From: Phoronis australis
Taxonomy: Eukaryota; Animalia; Phoronida
Length of the DNA: 64,000 nt
Reading direction: 5' to 3'
Assembly: GCA_002633005.1 (NCBI GenBank)
Contig: NMRA01000213.1
Span: 37,300-101,299 of the forward strand
Of this stretch, positions 12,801-25,689 are shown piece by piece. Each line of letters starts with the position of its first letter. Position 1 is the first letter of the stretch. The translations under genes were made by a program, and so were the position numbers. Below the pieces are notes generated by a model. That model ran no database searches. It saw only the letters and a list, made by a program, of their open reading frames with translations, and had not been told where the DNA came from.

Positions 12801-15800
12801 CAGAACTTGGGCTTTGGTGAATTCAGCAACCCTTAATTTTTGCATGCGGATTTCAAAACCCAATGTAGCCACGATAAGGTCAAGTTGGTATTGCCACTGA
12901 ATTAAGTTTGGTTAATTGAATCCATCCAAACACACAATCGATGAACGCAACTCAATTAATTACATATTAGTTTAATGAGAAATGCTGTCAGCCATGCTGG
13001 TAAGTACTAACTTGACTGTCTTAAACTGTATTAATTTAATTTTATAAATACAAAAACCCAGTTTAACGTCTTGAAAATGTCGCAGCAAGACCTGGTTTGT
13101 GCAGTTCATCATTGGATAAATTTTCTAAATAGAGAATAACTTGTCAATGATTGGTCTCACATGTGTATAGGTGTGGCTAGTTAATATGATCTGGGTCTGG
13201 GGTCTAATCTGTTAACTTGGAGCACAACTCAAAAATTGACCAGTAGTGTATCATGCTTCGAAAAAAGTAATTTAATTGTACTCGAATCACCAAGCGCGAT
13301 TGATTTAATTTCAAGCCTTAGTCGAGTCCGAATTCAAAGAATGGATCCAGTGGGCTCTTAAAGTTATAAACATCTTGGATTTTCAAACTCTGTGTCTTGA
13401 TTCTAGTGGAAGAAGACACAGAGAAGGTTGATGATGCACCAGCAACTGAAATGATGCAAAAAAAGAAAAAGACCCTCCAGGACGTGATCACCGAAAAATT
13501 ACAAGACCGCATCACAGACCAGGAAGCTGATTGGTTTGTATTCAATATTTACTCTCTGCACATGACATATTCCTGTATCATAGGGAAATTGTTGTTTATC
13601 CAATTGATGTACAAGACTACATGTCTAGCTTACCACTTCAGAACAACTACAATTCCTTACTAACCGTTCATCAGGAGGTAAATGTTTAGTTACTAGTGAA
13701 TTAACTAGCTCAGCTGAGTCCAGGTGAGCATTCCACAGGTCTATTTTTGTGAGAAAATGAGGTCTTACAAGTGAAAGGAAAATAGTTTGCCAGTATGCTT
13801 AGGAGCTTACTAGTCTACCCTACAAAATGGTGGCAACTAGAAGTGATTGGTTGGTAAGGTTTAGATGGTGAATTATTGGATTCAATTTAGTTTTTGTTCA
13901 ATTAGTAAGATTTTTTGCCACAAGTGCAGGCTAATATATTAGTCTACTGAGATCAGCTCAGGTTTTAGTCATGTCAGTTGACTTCACGACACAGTCATTA
14001 CTCTCAGACTTGGGTTCAGTGAGCCGTATCAAAGCAATTGACCTGTCGCAAGGTCCGCCCCCTTGTGAAATGTCGACAAACAAGCAATAAGTTTAACCCG
14101 GCATATTGTTTATCCGGTAAAATGGCAGCTTGGAAATGAAGGTGTGTCAAGAATGCTGCATTCTGATTGGTCACTTAAGCCGTCACTCAAAGTCCTGGCA
14201 AAAGGTCAATTGATAGAGTTAGGGCAAGGTATACATTGACAGTGGCTTGCTAAAGATGGCTGTGTTTACTTGGCCATTCTGTTTCGGTCATTATTGGGTA
14301 TTAGCAGCTGAGTTATCTGAGCATGCCTGTTAATTAGATTACACAAACAGGCAATCACTAACTTTGAATTTGATGTCATCACTGACCCTGTCAGTCCTCT
14401 TGAAACCGTTTTATAAGGCCACAAGAATAAGCATAATTGGTTCTTGTCTGCAGCAGACTCATTTTGAAACCTGTGACTCCAGTTCACCACGGAACTCACT
14501 TCTCAGAACCAACATGCTATCTTTAGCCTAACGTTAAACGCGTTTTGTGTGATTTCCTCAACATTATCTTCCTATTTTCAGGATTACAAATCAGGGGCCC
14601 AGTCGCCTGAGTCAAAGCGTGGGCTACACCAGGCCTCCATTGTCTGCTGTAAGTTAACTTGTTTCAAATTGTCTTTTCCTCAACACCCGGTCTGTGGGAA
14701 ATATACTGTAGCTGTAATTCCAGGAAATAGCAAGATATAGCAAAATATTATGGCAGTAAGATTGCACTAATGAAGAAAAGTTTGTGAGAAGGGTGTAAAA
14801 TAATAATCAGGAGCGTATTCCCCTTGTCACTACGGGAATACATTCAGTCATTCAGGTAGGGATGTTGTTTCACTAGAGACACCTAGTGAGCTTCCAAGTT
14901 TCTCCTTGAGACAGTGTTAAATTATTAATAAGCGAATGCAGTTGTCAGTGAGAGCTGAAGCCTAGCTGTTGCACTAAAAGTTTCTTAGGGCTGTTCCAGC
15001 AAAATCTGTATGGGAGGGGGGAAGGCACTTTTATTTCGTACCCACCGCCCATATTTTTCATTTATTTCTCCAACCATGACCCATAATTTTTTAATTATTT
15101 TTAATAGGTTAAAATATAAAATCCAACACTTGCAAACAAATTGCCTCCAGGAGGACCTGTTAAGAACTTAGATGATTGACAGACAAGAACTAGTTGTCTT
15201 GTCCAATATTGTCAAAAACTAAAGTAGCCTGTGAGCAATACTTTTGGCAGCCACCAGGTGTCTCTGTTCACCATGTGTCTATAATTTCAATGAACATTTT
15301 TTCAATTATAAGGATCTATGAATCTCAAACTGTCTCCACGAACTCTTTTATACTTCTATGTCAAGTGAATATTGGAACTTGTTTATCTTACTCCTCATAC
15401 TTTTTATTTAAAAATCATCAATTTTCTTATATGTGTTAACACCAGTTCAGTGTTGCATAACTTTTCAATTCAATAGGACTGCAGACAAACAGTTGGCTCA
15501 AATCAAGTTGCCCATGACTTGATTAATGGCTTAGTGAACATATTGCACTCTGTTCACTAGCAATATGGGCTTTTCTGTATTGGTTTTTTTTGAGTTTTGA
15601 GGGCTGAAGTAACCAACCTGTCAACATTAACAGGTCAAAAAATACCACCCATTTTTAATGCATCACTTCTTACAGGAACGACCACCCATAATTTGAGTTT
15701 TTTTCTGAAGACCACCAGCCATGAATTTTTATTTCTACTGCCGTCCCCCCCCCTCCCACACGGATTTTACTGGAACAGCCCTTAGCTATAGTCACGACTT

Positions 15801-18606
15801 TTTTACACAAAATCTTAATGGAGGTTCGTGACTAGTTGAAAATGTTGGCATAAGTCTCTGTTCAGACTCGTCTTCATTATTTGGTGAAACAGCCTGTTGC
15901 CGCACACACTTCATCACTAACTAGTCTTGGTTGACCTGTCTTGCAGAAGACCGTCACCACGGTAACTCAGCAGGACACTTCCTCCCCCCAAGAGAAGCTG
16001 GAGAGGATCTGGTCAGCACTTAAGATGCCCGATGGTCAAAAGTTGGACATGGCCATTAAGTACAGCTCTGATGAGTTTACCTCTGTCCTTGAGCAGGTAA
16101 CACAAATGATTTTGACAGCAATGTTGTAATGTGATGTATTCAACCCACTAGCAAGAGTTCCCAAAAATCTTTAACAGTTAAACTGCTCTTTCCCAAAAGG
16201 AGTCTGTAGTGTTTGTCATTTCTGTGGTAACTTTTAACTATGGATAATAGTTTCATTTCAGTTGATATGCTATAAGGGCCTACCAATCTTGAAATGACAA
16301 TAAACCCACGTTTTATGACAGAAGATTGATTTAGACCGTTTGAAATTGGTCTCAAATAATTGTTAGTTAGCCCAATTGGAGAATGCTTTCAGGGCCTTGA
16401 AAAAAATGACAGTTTGTTACTGCTTGAGACTGCACTGAGCATGGCCTCGAGATGAATGAGTATGAGTTGTTAGTTCTTTGCATCGCTTAGTAAAAAGGAA
16501 AAAGGAATAATTTTATAGACCTAAGTAGTCTACATCTATTTCTTGCATGGAACACGGGTTTATAGGCGCTTTGAATGTTGGCAGATTTTTAAAATTCAAC
16601 AGAATCTAAAATAGCGTTGCAGTTGAAACTACTGCCGGGAAATACAAAAAATTCAATGACATGTTGACTTGTTTCCTAATGATAGGCTATAGAGGGTTGG
16701 CAGAAAGCAACTGAAGTGATTGTAGCCAGAGAGGAACTCATGACTGAGTTGGAGAGATTTGAAAGACTGGCTTCTGATCCCAATAGGTTCTTTGAGAGAG
16801 GTATGGTATGCTTTTTGACCGTCTAGATTTTAGGTTGTTTCATATGTAGTTCAGTGTTGCTTGCATTTGGCGTCATTGTAGGTTCATTGATACAGCCTGC
16901 ACATTGGCAAAGTTTTAATTTGACATTTGTTCGCATGCTGTTCATTTTCCGTACTAACTAACTTTCTTTAATGGATTTTATGAGTAGTAGTCAAATCTTC
17001 GCTAGAAATTTACACACTGAACTCTCCCATTTCCATTTCTACCAGAGCGTTCTCCAAGGATTATTTTGGTTACTAATAGCTTAATATTTGCCAGGTCCCT
17101 GTGACAACCAGCTGTTTGTGAGCCAATCAAATGTCTGCTGATGATTTGGCATAGGACAGGAGATGGAATCGCATGGGTCATTATCCACTTCATGTTTTAC
17201 AGGATTCCGTGGTTCTTCTGTTGCCAGACTAGAAGAAGCAAAACATAGGAGTATGCTCTACAGGGTGAGTAATATTTTTATGGAGCAAGTTTGCCTAAGT
17301 TTGTAATCTCAAAATCTTTAGTCGTCCAGGTAGTGCACACTGTTGTTACTTGAACCTGGTGTGCTGGATTGTGTTTCCATAATTCCTGGATCTTCCGAGA
17401 CGTGTAGTCTCCTTCAGTAGGATGGTATTGACTGCTAGCAGTGGCAGATCTACGTTTTCAGTAAAGGGGGGTTTAGGATTCGAGCGAATCCGAGGTGCTT
17501 AGCACCTCCCATGTAAGATTTTTTTGTGGTTTTTAGTAGCTGATTTTGTGTTTTTGGAGAATTTTTTTTCAATTTTTATTTTTGATCCTGTCCCGAGGGG
17601 GTTTTCAACCCCCTGAACCCCTTTGTTGATCCTCCTCTGGCTGGAAGTGGTGGGAACTGCGGTCATGTGGGATCTCGTTTCTCTAGATACTATGTCAACG
17701 CTACCATTCCATGCCTGATGGCACCAGATTCAAATTGCCGTCAGGATGGAATGAGAGTGTTGCTAATGTAACAACACAAGAGATCTCGCATGACTGGAGT
17801 ACCTGCCACTAGTAGTAGCAGTCAACGTCATCCTATCGAGGGAGAGGAGACTTCTCCGAAGATCTAGGGGTTAGGTAAACCCTAATCCAGCCAACCAGGT
17901 TCAAGTAACGAGTGGTTTCTGTCATTTCTCTTAATGGCACTGTAAGCCCACAATTTTTGCGAAACAAGGTTTGATGGCCACCTACCGTTCTTATGTCTGT
18001 CTCATGATTGTGTTCTTTATACAGATCAGAGTTGATCTTATAAGGCTTAAGACCAATTATTGGCAATTTGTTAACCTCTTCTGACCTGTATCATTAACAT
18101 TGCTTGTCACGACGGCTAGTGTCAGTTAGTGAAACAGTATGGCCTTCAGTTCTTTTTTGTTGTATTTTGTCGCACACAAATATTAACGTGGTGCCTTGTG
18201 AAGAATGTCAATTTTTTTGACTACATGATGCGGTTTAGTGTGGCCTGAACTGCTGTATGATAATTACAATGTACCTGGTCAGACTATGGTAATGAATGAA
18301 TTAATCTTACTGATCGAAGATCCAATGGTTTGCTTAGATTCATGGACTGATGACCTGTGTCTGTTCTCGTAGAAAATTGAAGCGCTGAGCATCGAAGTTA
18401 AGCGAGCTGTGAAATTCGTTGAAGACACTTATAAGGATCAGATGACGTATCAAGGTCGGCCATACTTAGACAAAATGCAGTGGGACAGAACGGAGATGCT
18501 TTATTGGCTGTCGGAGGAGAGACGGACCCAGGCACTGGAACACGAGGCTATGTTACGTGATGTTGCCCTGAATGTCGTCCAGCTGGCACCACTATCGACA
18601 CACTGA
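9820..18606 (+). CDS. CCDC87: Coiled-coil domain-containing protein 87, 3' part of the gene (5' exons not identified)
   Basis: Exons 9820-9910, 11256-11435, 11926-12041, 12669-12784, 13407-13533, 14582-14648, 15947-16096, 16686-16800, 17203-17264, 18373-18606 (TGA). All have AG/GT boundaries and compatible phases. The spliced protein contains LERIWSALKMPDGQKLDMAIKYSS...LERFERLASDPNRFF...GRPYLDKMQWDRTEMLYWL, matching the conserved CCDC87 C-terminus as I recall it. The 9820 exon is less certain. Confidence 0.9.
14035..14212. mobile_element. Small MITE-like element in a CCDC87 intron
   Basis: CAATTGACCT...AGGTCAATTG terminal inverted repeat. Confidence 0.45.
14988..15781. mobile_element. PIF/Harbinger-type MITE
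   Basis: tta|GGGCTGTTCCAGCAAAATCTGTATGGGAGGGGGG...CCCCCCTCCCACACGGATTTTACTGGAACAGCCC|tta. A 3-bp TTA TSD with GGGC termini is typical of Harbinger. Confidence 0.88.
17345..17909. mobile_element. Palindromic (foldback) element in the last CCDC87 intron, interrupted by a 5-bp-TSD MITE at 17439-17639
   Basis: Arms pair throughout: GTTACTTGAACCTGGT/ACCAGGTTCAAGTAAC, GTCATGTGGGATCTC/GAGATCTCGCATGAC, CATTCCAT-GCCTGATGGCA/TGCCGTCAGG-ATGGAATG. The insert CAGTGGCAGATCT...GATCCTCCTCTG is flanked by gctag/gctgg. Confidence 0.8.
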
Positions 18607-20346
18607 GACATACAATAGTTGGACAGTGTAGCTTTAACTGTTTCGTTCCTTTGTGATGCGGATGCTGAAACTTTAACTGCATGGCACTGGGCCTCGACAT
18701 TATTATAGAGATGACTTTAAAATGTTCATCAGAATTGTCCAAGAATTGTTTTCCTATTGGTACATGAAGTTTTCAAAATGGTTAGGGTTGTTTTGTTGAG
18801 ACGCAGAATTCCTGTAGGATATTTTCATGTTGGAACTGAAATATTTTGCAGTTAAATGGATAACTTTTGTCTTGTGGTTCAGATTTGTTGAAGGAATACT
18901 CATTATCTTGAAAATGTTGGATTGTTACAAACGACTGCTGGTCTTTTGTTACATTATGCAGAAATTAATGCAGTGCCATCTGTAGAACTTATCCAGCTGC
19001 TGTTCTGTCTGTGCTTTGTTTGTATCTTGGTCCATGTATCCCTACAGATGGGGTACTTGGTTTGTCAGTTTGTGAGCTTGTGTTCTGCTCACAGGATTTA
19101 CTACAGTTAGAAGGTTTATCTAAAAAACATCCAAGTAAAGGGATTGTATTTATCTGACTGGCTGAGGAGAGTGATTGTACTTATCTGACTGGCTTAGGAG
19201 ACCAGACTTCAGTCATTTCGATATCTCCATTGTGCAGTTGATGAATTTAACAAGACATTTACAAATTTCTCAAACATTTTTTCCTTGTAAACATGTGTTT
19301 GGTTGCTAACAAATTTTAATTTAAATTAAAATACATGAAAGTTAATGTGAGGTAACTGATTTTCTCTTGGAGTAATAGTTCTAAGTAGTTTTAAAACACT
19401 GGAAAACAGTGAAAAGTGGCTCCATTTCGTTGTGAGGATCATTCTCAGTGTGCCACGCATTGCCGAATATAATAAGTAAGTACAGTGCAAGCTCAGAAAA
19501 AAATTGTTGGGACTAGCTATTGTGGAGGTTGATGGAACCATTTATTTTTGCTGTCTAATTGAAAAGGATTTCTACAATATGTGCGCAGGTGCTCTCTGTC
19601 AAAGTTGATAGCTTTTGACTTTCTGCTGTCTTGGGAATCAGTGTGGAAACGGGGTCTTTTCTGTGAGGGTTTGGGACATAAATTTTATGGTTCAATAACC
19701 ATGTTTTAAAAAACCTCTTTGCATTCTTAACCCTTTCCCTATTTAATATTGAGAATTGATCGTCAATGTAAGCAAGTTAGTTCAGGTTCAATGTATAACA
19801 GCATTAGACAAGACAATCTGTGTTTGCAGAAGTACATAAAAACCGTAAGTCCCTTTACGGTACCGACTGTTTCATGCAACCAGGGACTGATTGCTAAATT
19901 TCCCTTCTCATCATATTTACCTTTTTATAGAGAGCGAAAATCAAATTCATCCGCTGTCGTATACTTTGTGGGGCACGAGTCCTCCAATCCAGAATTCCGA
20001 AAAAGCGTTATACAGGCCATGTACTAGTGGGTAAGCTGGCAGTTAATTTTGTATTAATGGTAACTGTTTACTCGCATCTCTGATAAGCTGAATGTCAGGC
20101 TGGTTGAAGGAAGTACTTTCTACTGATCGATTTCTCCGTCCGTCTACTAGCGGCGCTGCTTTCAATGATCGCTATCCTGCAATGCTTTGTGGTGACGTGA
20201 AAAGGTCGACATGAAGCAGCTAAATTTGCAACTACTTGAAAATAATGAATTGCAAAAGAAAAAAAAATGTAGCAGTAAATTTTCCGTGAAAAAGTTCAAA
20301 GTTTTAGCACCAGAACGTCCTCACTACAAAACTTGCGTTGTCTGTC

Positions 20347-21371
20347 CATAGGCGGATTTAGGGGGGGGCCCNNNNNNNNNNNNNNNNNNNNNNNNNNNNN
20401 NNNNNNNNNNNNNNNNNNNNNNNNNNNNNNNNNNNNNNNNNNNNNNNNNNNNNNNNNNNNNNNNNNNNNNNNNNNNNNNNNNNNNNNNNNNNNNNNNNNN
20501 NNNNNNNNNNNNNNNNNNNNNNNNNNNNNNNNNNNNNNNNNNNNNNNNNNNNNNNNNNNNNNNNNNNNNNNNNNNNNNNNNNNNNNNNNNNNNNNNNNNN
20601 NNNNNNNNNNNNNNNNNNNNNNNNNNNNNNNNNNNNNNNNNNNNNNNNNNNNNNNNNNNNNNNNNNNNNNNNNNNNNNNNNNNNNNNNNNNNNNNNNNNN
20701 NNNNNNNNNNNNNNNNNNNNNNNNNNNNNNNNNNNNNNNNNNNNNNNNNNNNNNNNNNNNNNNNNNNNNNNNNNNNNNNNNNNNNNNNNNNNNNNNNNNN
20801 NNNNNNNNNNNNNNNNNNNNNNNNNNNNNNNNNNNNNNNNNNNNNNNNNNNNNNNNNNNNNNNNNNNNNNNNNNNNNNNNNNNNNNNNNNNNNNNNNNNN
20901 NNNNNNNNNNNNNNNNNNNNNNNNNNNNNNNNNNNNNNNNNNNNNNNNNNNNNNNNNNNNNNNNNNNNNNNNNNNNNNNNNNNNNNNNNNNNNNNNNNNN
21001 NNNNNNNNNNNNNNNNNNNNNNNNNNNNNNNNNNNNNNNNNNNNNNNNNNNNNNNNNNNNNNNNNNNNNNNNNNNNNNNNNNNNNNNNNNNNNNNNNNNN
21101 NNNNNNNNNNNNNNNNNNNNNNNNNNNNNNNNNNNNNNNNNNNNNNNNNNNNNNNNNNNNNNNNNNNNNNNNNNNNNNNNNNNNNNNNNNNNNNNNNNNN
21201 NNNNNNNNNNNNNNNNNNNNNNNNNNNNNNNNNNNNNNNNNNNNNACCCCCCCTCCCGACCTCCCCCCATTCGGTGCTATGCGCATCTACAATCGTGGTT
21301 CAGTTTGCGCAAATGTTTACAGCCGGACAAAATGTTGGCCCCCCCCTTGTGATATCCTAGATCCGCCACTG
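20347..21371 (+). mobile_element. hAT5-like non-autonomous DNA transposon, interior gapped
   Basis: CATAGGCGGATTTAGGGGG...CCCTTGTGATATCCTAGATCCGCCACTG with a perfect 5-bp TSD CTGTC. Confidence 0.85.
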
Positions 21372-21779
21372 CTGTCTGACAGTGCCGGAGTATCCATTAG
21401 GCTATACTAAGGTACAGCTTAGGGCCGCGCTCATAACAGGGGCACTAAAGCAAAAATCTGTAGCATTAATACAATATAATTTTGTTTTGTTTTTACGGGA
21501 TTTTTGTAGCGCTGTGAATTGTCAATATTTTCAATGGTGGCGTAAAGGTGTGTGTGCGTGCTCGTGCGTCATCATATCTGGGATGGAAAATCTCCGTAGT
21601 GTGCCTGTACATGTACGTTGTAACCTAGTTGTTTTCATTTCAAGAAACGTTCGTGTAAACTATCTCACTATTACCGGGATGCGTTTTGGTAATCTAGTGA
21701 TGCCATATAAAAACTTTAAAAAGGGAGACTCAGATTTTTATACTGTGGAGCAGACATTTGGGTTACTAGCCTTATATGA

Positions 21780-22598
21780 AAAGAAATTGAAAATGTTCAA
21801 ACAAAATTCTGTAAACGGTTACTGTCTACTGGTATTAAGACGACCAACGCCATGGCAAAGGGAAAGTATGGCCGTCATGATTTCGCTGTGTCTTATACTG
21901 TATGTTTAGACCGATAAAATGTTTTTGATAATATTGAAAACGCAAAATGATAGACTTCCAAGACAATGTTTTCCACTTTATATGAAAGACAATAGCCCGT
22001 CAAAATGATTTGTTTAAATAAATGTTACGTACAACTGGTGTTGGTGATGAAGAATATGTTTGTCGGAATTCAAACAAAGGCTGAGAAATGTTAAATTTCA
22101 AAGTTGGTTGTCTGTAGAAGATAATACAAATAAGTAAGAATTTTACAGAGGAATTAAGTCCGAGTTGTCTTGTGAAAAGTATTTGTGTGGTGAGATAACG
22201 CATCAGCAGATATTTTACATAGCGAATATCAGATGCTTAACTCCCACATTAGAAATTGAAAGCGGCAGAAGAAATAGTATTCCCCGAAGTAAAAGAACTT
22301 GTAACATTTGTAGTACAGGAGAGACTGAAACTGGAGAGCATTTCATGTGACGGTGTCCAATACTAGTAAATTTAAGAAATATGAGATTAACACCACGCTG
22401 CCACGATATCAAGTCTCATTTTAACTCGAGAACATCAAACAATTTTAAAAGACATTTCAGTGTATGTACAAAGGCCAAAGATAATTAGAAACGAAATATT
22501 AAATCTTTAATGACAACACCCATGTATAAAGTTTGTATATACTATTGTGAACTGTCGGACGATGGCCTCTTGTTCAAATAAATAAAGTTATTATTATA
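21780..22598 (+). mobile_element. 5'-truncated, decayed LINE 3' end (CR1/L2/Crack-like ORF2 C-terminus)
   Basis: LEIESGRRNSIPRSKRTCNICSTGETETGEHFM*RCP matches the LEIETGR..P...R.C..C...E.E.HF...CP motif of non-LTR ORF2 C-termini; followed by an AATAAATAAAG(TTA)n tail; contains stops and frameshifts. Confidence 0.75.
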
Positions 22599-23025
22599 AG
22601 TTACAAAAGCGTTGAATAGCTTTTAATGCAATTCTATTGCTTACATTAATTACGCGTATGCAATGCGTTTGCTGCTTTCTCAACAATTAAGTCGGGCATT
22701 TTATTATACTTACCGTTGTCTTTAAGTTAAAATGAAGCAAACATACAACAGCGGTCACCAGAAAAGAAAACAAAGGCGACAGTTGGAAAAGAACTTGAAA
22801 AATCCCCAAACCTAAATACTTTCATTTCACTAAAGCTACGGAAAACAAAGGAGTATCTCAAAAACTAAACACAAATCTCAACATTCTTCTGAACAGCCAT
22901 TACACGAATATTCTGGCATTGAGTCATCCGAGCGCTCCACATTATGAGACCCTAATCCTGAAAGCAAGTCAAAAAACGGTTGACAATTTATCACTCAACA
23001 ACCCGATAAATACTGAAACGTTCAC

Positions 23026-24751
23026 CATAGGCGGATTTAGGGGGGGCCCAGGGGGCCCGGCCCCCCCCCCCCCTTGGCTGCCGCAAAAAAAATAAAACAG
23101 AGCGTAGGGAAATGTTGATCTTATTAATTAACCCCGGTAATTAAAATTATACGGATGAAACAATATTTAAATGTGTGCAGTTTTCATAGGCGGATTTAGG
23201 GGGGGGGGNNNNNNNNNNNNNNNNNNNNNNNNNNNNNNNNNNNNNNNNNNNNNNNNNNNNNNNNNNNNNNNNNNNNNNNNNNNNNNNNNNNNNNNNNNNN
23301 NNNNNNNNNNNNNNNNNNNNNNNNNNNNNNNNNNNNNNNNNNNNNNNNNNNNNNNNNNNNNNNNNNNNNNNNNNNNNNNNNNNNNNNNNNNNNNNNNNNN
23401 NNNNNNNNNNNNNNNNNNNNNNNNNNNNNNNNNNNNNNNNNNNNNNNNNNNNNNNNNNNNNNNNNNNNNNNNNNNNNNNNNNNNNNNNNNNNNNNNNNNN
23501 NNNNNNNNNNNNNNNNNNNNNNNNNNNNNNNNNNNNNNNNNNNNNNNNNNNNNNNNNNNNNNNNNNNNNNNNNNNNNNNNNNNNNNNNNNNNNNNNNNNN
23601 NNNNNNNNNNNNNNNNNNNNNNNNNNNNNNNNNNNNNNNNNNNNNNNNNNNNNNNNNNNNNNNNNNNNNNNNNNNNNNNNNNNNNNNNNNNNNNNNNNNN
23701 NNNNNNNNNNNNNNNNNNNNNNNNNNNNNNNNNNNNNNNNNNNNNNNNNNNNNNNNNNNNNNNNNNNNNNNNNNNNNNNNNNNNNNNNNNNNNNNNNNNN
23801 NNNNNNNNNNNNNNNNNNNNNNNNNNNNNNNNNNNNNNNNNNNNNNNNNNNNNNNNNNNNNNNCCCCCCCTTGTGATATCCTAGATCCGCCACTGGTTTT
23901 AGTGTTGGGGGGGGGCTCAAATCCAATTTCAAGTGTCAAATTCGGAACACGGCGCATTCGTAACGGAACTATGGTTAAGTATAGCCTCTCCCGCGATATC
24001 CCAGGCGACCGGCAGTGGCGCTGCGCACTACGACTCAGTTTCCGTCGTCTGCTCCACTGTGCAATGAAGAAAATTTACTTCATTTTTAAAGAAAATGGAA
24101 CCTGAGTGACGATGAAAAAACAGAAGCTGTTGGTAAGATGGGAATTTTAATCGAAGCCTTAGTGAATCACTCAGAAACTCGCAATACTGTCTTTGTCAAA
24201 CCTTATGTTAAGACGATTTCCAAAGCAATCCCGTCATTATTGCCAACACGAAAAACGGATTTGGTCTTTTGGGCATTTGAAGACTATTTTAAATACGACA
24301 AATTTATTAAGAATCGATGGCAAAAAGCGTGTAATAAGCATTACAAAAAGAAGTAGGTTTCGCGCGCAAACGCTGTGGACCAAAACCAAGTAGGTCTCTT
24401 ATTATGAGAGTAGTAGTGAAATCGTGGTGGTGTAGTGGTAACGCACGCGCGCTCTATGCGCAAGGTCGTGAGCTCGAGTCTTTGATACTTTCAGTTTTTC
24501 CTGTTTAACACGTTCTCCGTGTTTTGTTTTTGCCTTTTTTTCTTAGATAATACTTCAGGAATCAAGGAAAATACTTGATTTTTAGAGGTAAAAACAGAAA
24601 AATTTCATGGGCGGGAGGGGGGAAACCCCCCTCCCGACCTCCCCCCATTCGGTGCTATGCGCATCTACAATCGTGGTTCAGTTTGCGCAAATGTTTACAG
24701 CCGGACAAAATGTTGGCCCCCCCCCCTTGTGATATCCTAGATCCGCTACTG
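23026..24751 (+). mobile_element. hAT5-like MITE (outer copy, TSD TTCAC) containing a second copy of the same family at 23185-23895 (TSD GTTTT)
   Basis: Both pairs of termini and both TSDs are visible. The uninterrupted site gtgcagttttagtgttgggg is present in the copy at 50330. Confidence 0.88.
24421..24500 (+). other. Degenerate tRNA-derived segment (A and B boxes) inside the hAT5-like MITE; also at ~45465-45520
   Basis: TGGTGTAGTGGT (A box)...AGGTCGTGAG(C/T)TCGAGTC (B box), followed by a T-run. Confidence 0.6.
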
Positions 24752-25689
24752 TTCACAGACCCATTTTCAACAGTTGGGTTCGTTACCAGAAGACGAAATG
24801 TCCACTAGGTCCACAACGATTCTTCAGTTCAGACTACTTTGATTGAGGTAGTCCATTTGAAAAATCAAAGCGATCATTTACATGTATAAAACAGATCGAC
24901 ATTGATCAAAAGGTACCTTTCAATCCAAGACAATTGATGAAGAAATTTAAGACCAAGAGTGGTTAGCGTTTTCCTTTTGATCAAGATCTGGCCATGTCTC
25001 TTGTTTTGGTTGCAACTTTTTCAAGATCCAAAAATTCTTTTGTCACGAGCGGCTTTTCCCACTGGCGAAATCAAGTCCCAGTTGAAATATCGAAGAAGGA
25101 ATATCCAGCCGATGTAGACGAAAATCTTCAATTGGTGAACCGCTGCTACATTTCCATACTTGCGTGAAGCAGAATAACTGTTTTTTCACAAGCATGAAGT
25201 GTACCTCCACGGAAACAGCTCCAATATTACCATGGTAACCGATATTTTAGTGTCGGTGACGTTTCTGTTTACATTGGTGATCAGCCTAGCATGTGATACC
25301 AAAATCATTCAGAAATTATTCTGTTTGAAGCAGAAACTGCAGTAGAAAATGTAGTCAAAAATGACTCATTCCGCATCAAGAAATTGCCTCATTTTGCTCT
25401 CCAGAACACTTCCCTTGTATCTCCTAAACCACCAAACTGTGGTGTCAAACTTCACCCAATTTCTCTCATCCCTAATGTGATGTATTAGACTAAACACGGT
25501 TCTGAATGGCTGACCCCCACCTTGCCGCTTGTTGGCTGTACTGTGGTCGGTGGATCGTGGACTGATACTTAATTATTTGTCTAATACACAATTTGAGACC
25601 ATTTTCATAACCGTCTCGATAGTTTGAATTAGAAGTTGTATACAGCGAAAGAAGCCACGTCTCTGACTGTTGAGATCGTAGACTAGCGT

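Larger units (their letters stand above)
22732..25075 (+). pseudogene. Decayed hAT-type transposase N-terminus (TTF zinc finger), split by nested MITEs
   Basis: MKQTYNSGHQKRKQRRQ at 22732 resembles the SGxQKRK N-terminal motif. After the insertion, QEWLAFS*..GHVSCFGCNFF/NSFVTSGFSHWRN (~24955-25070) matches the ZnF_TTF pattern WL.(Y/F)S....C..C..F....F...GF..W. Confidence 0.65.

Noticed and set aside
24445-24465. Possible amber suppressor (CTA) anticodon in the MITE tRNA-like segment
   Set aside because: The best arm alignment gives loop GCTCTAT (TCT). The acceptor stem is broken and the second copy is partly deleted.
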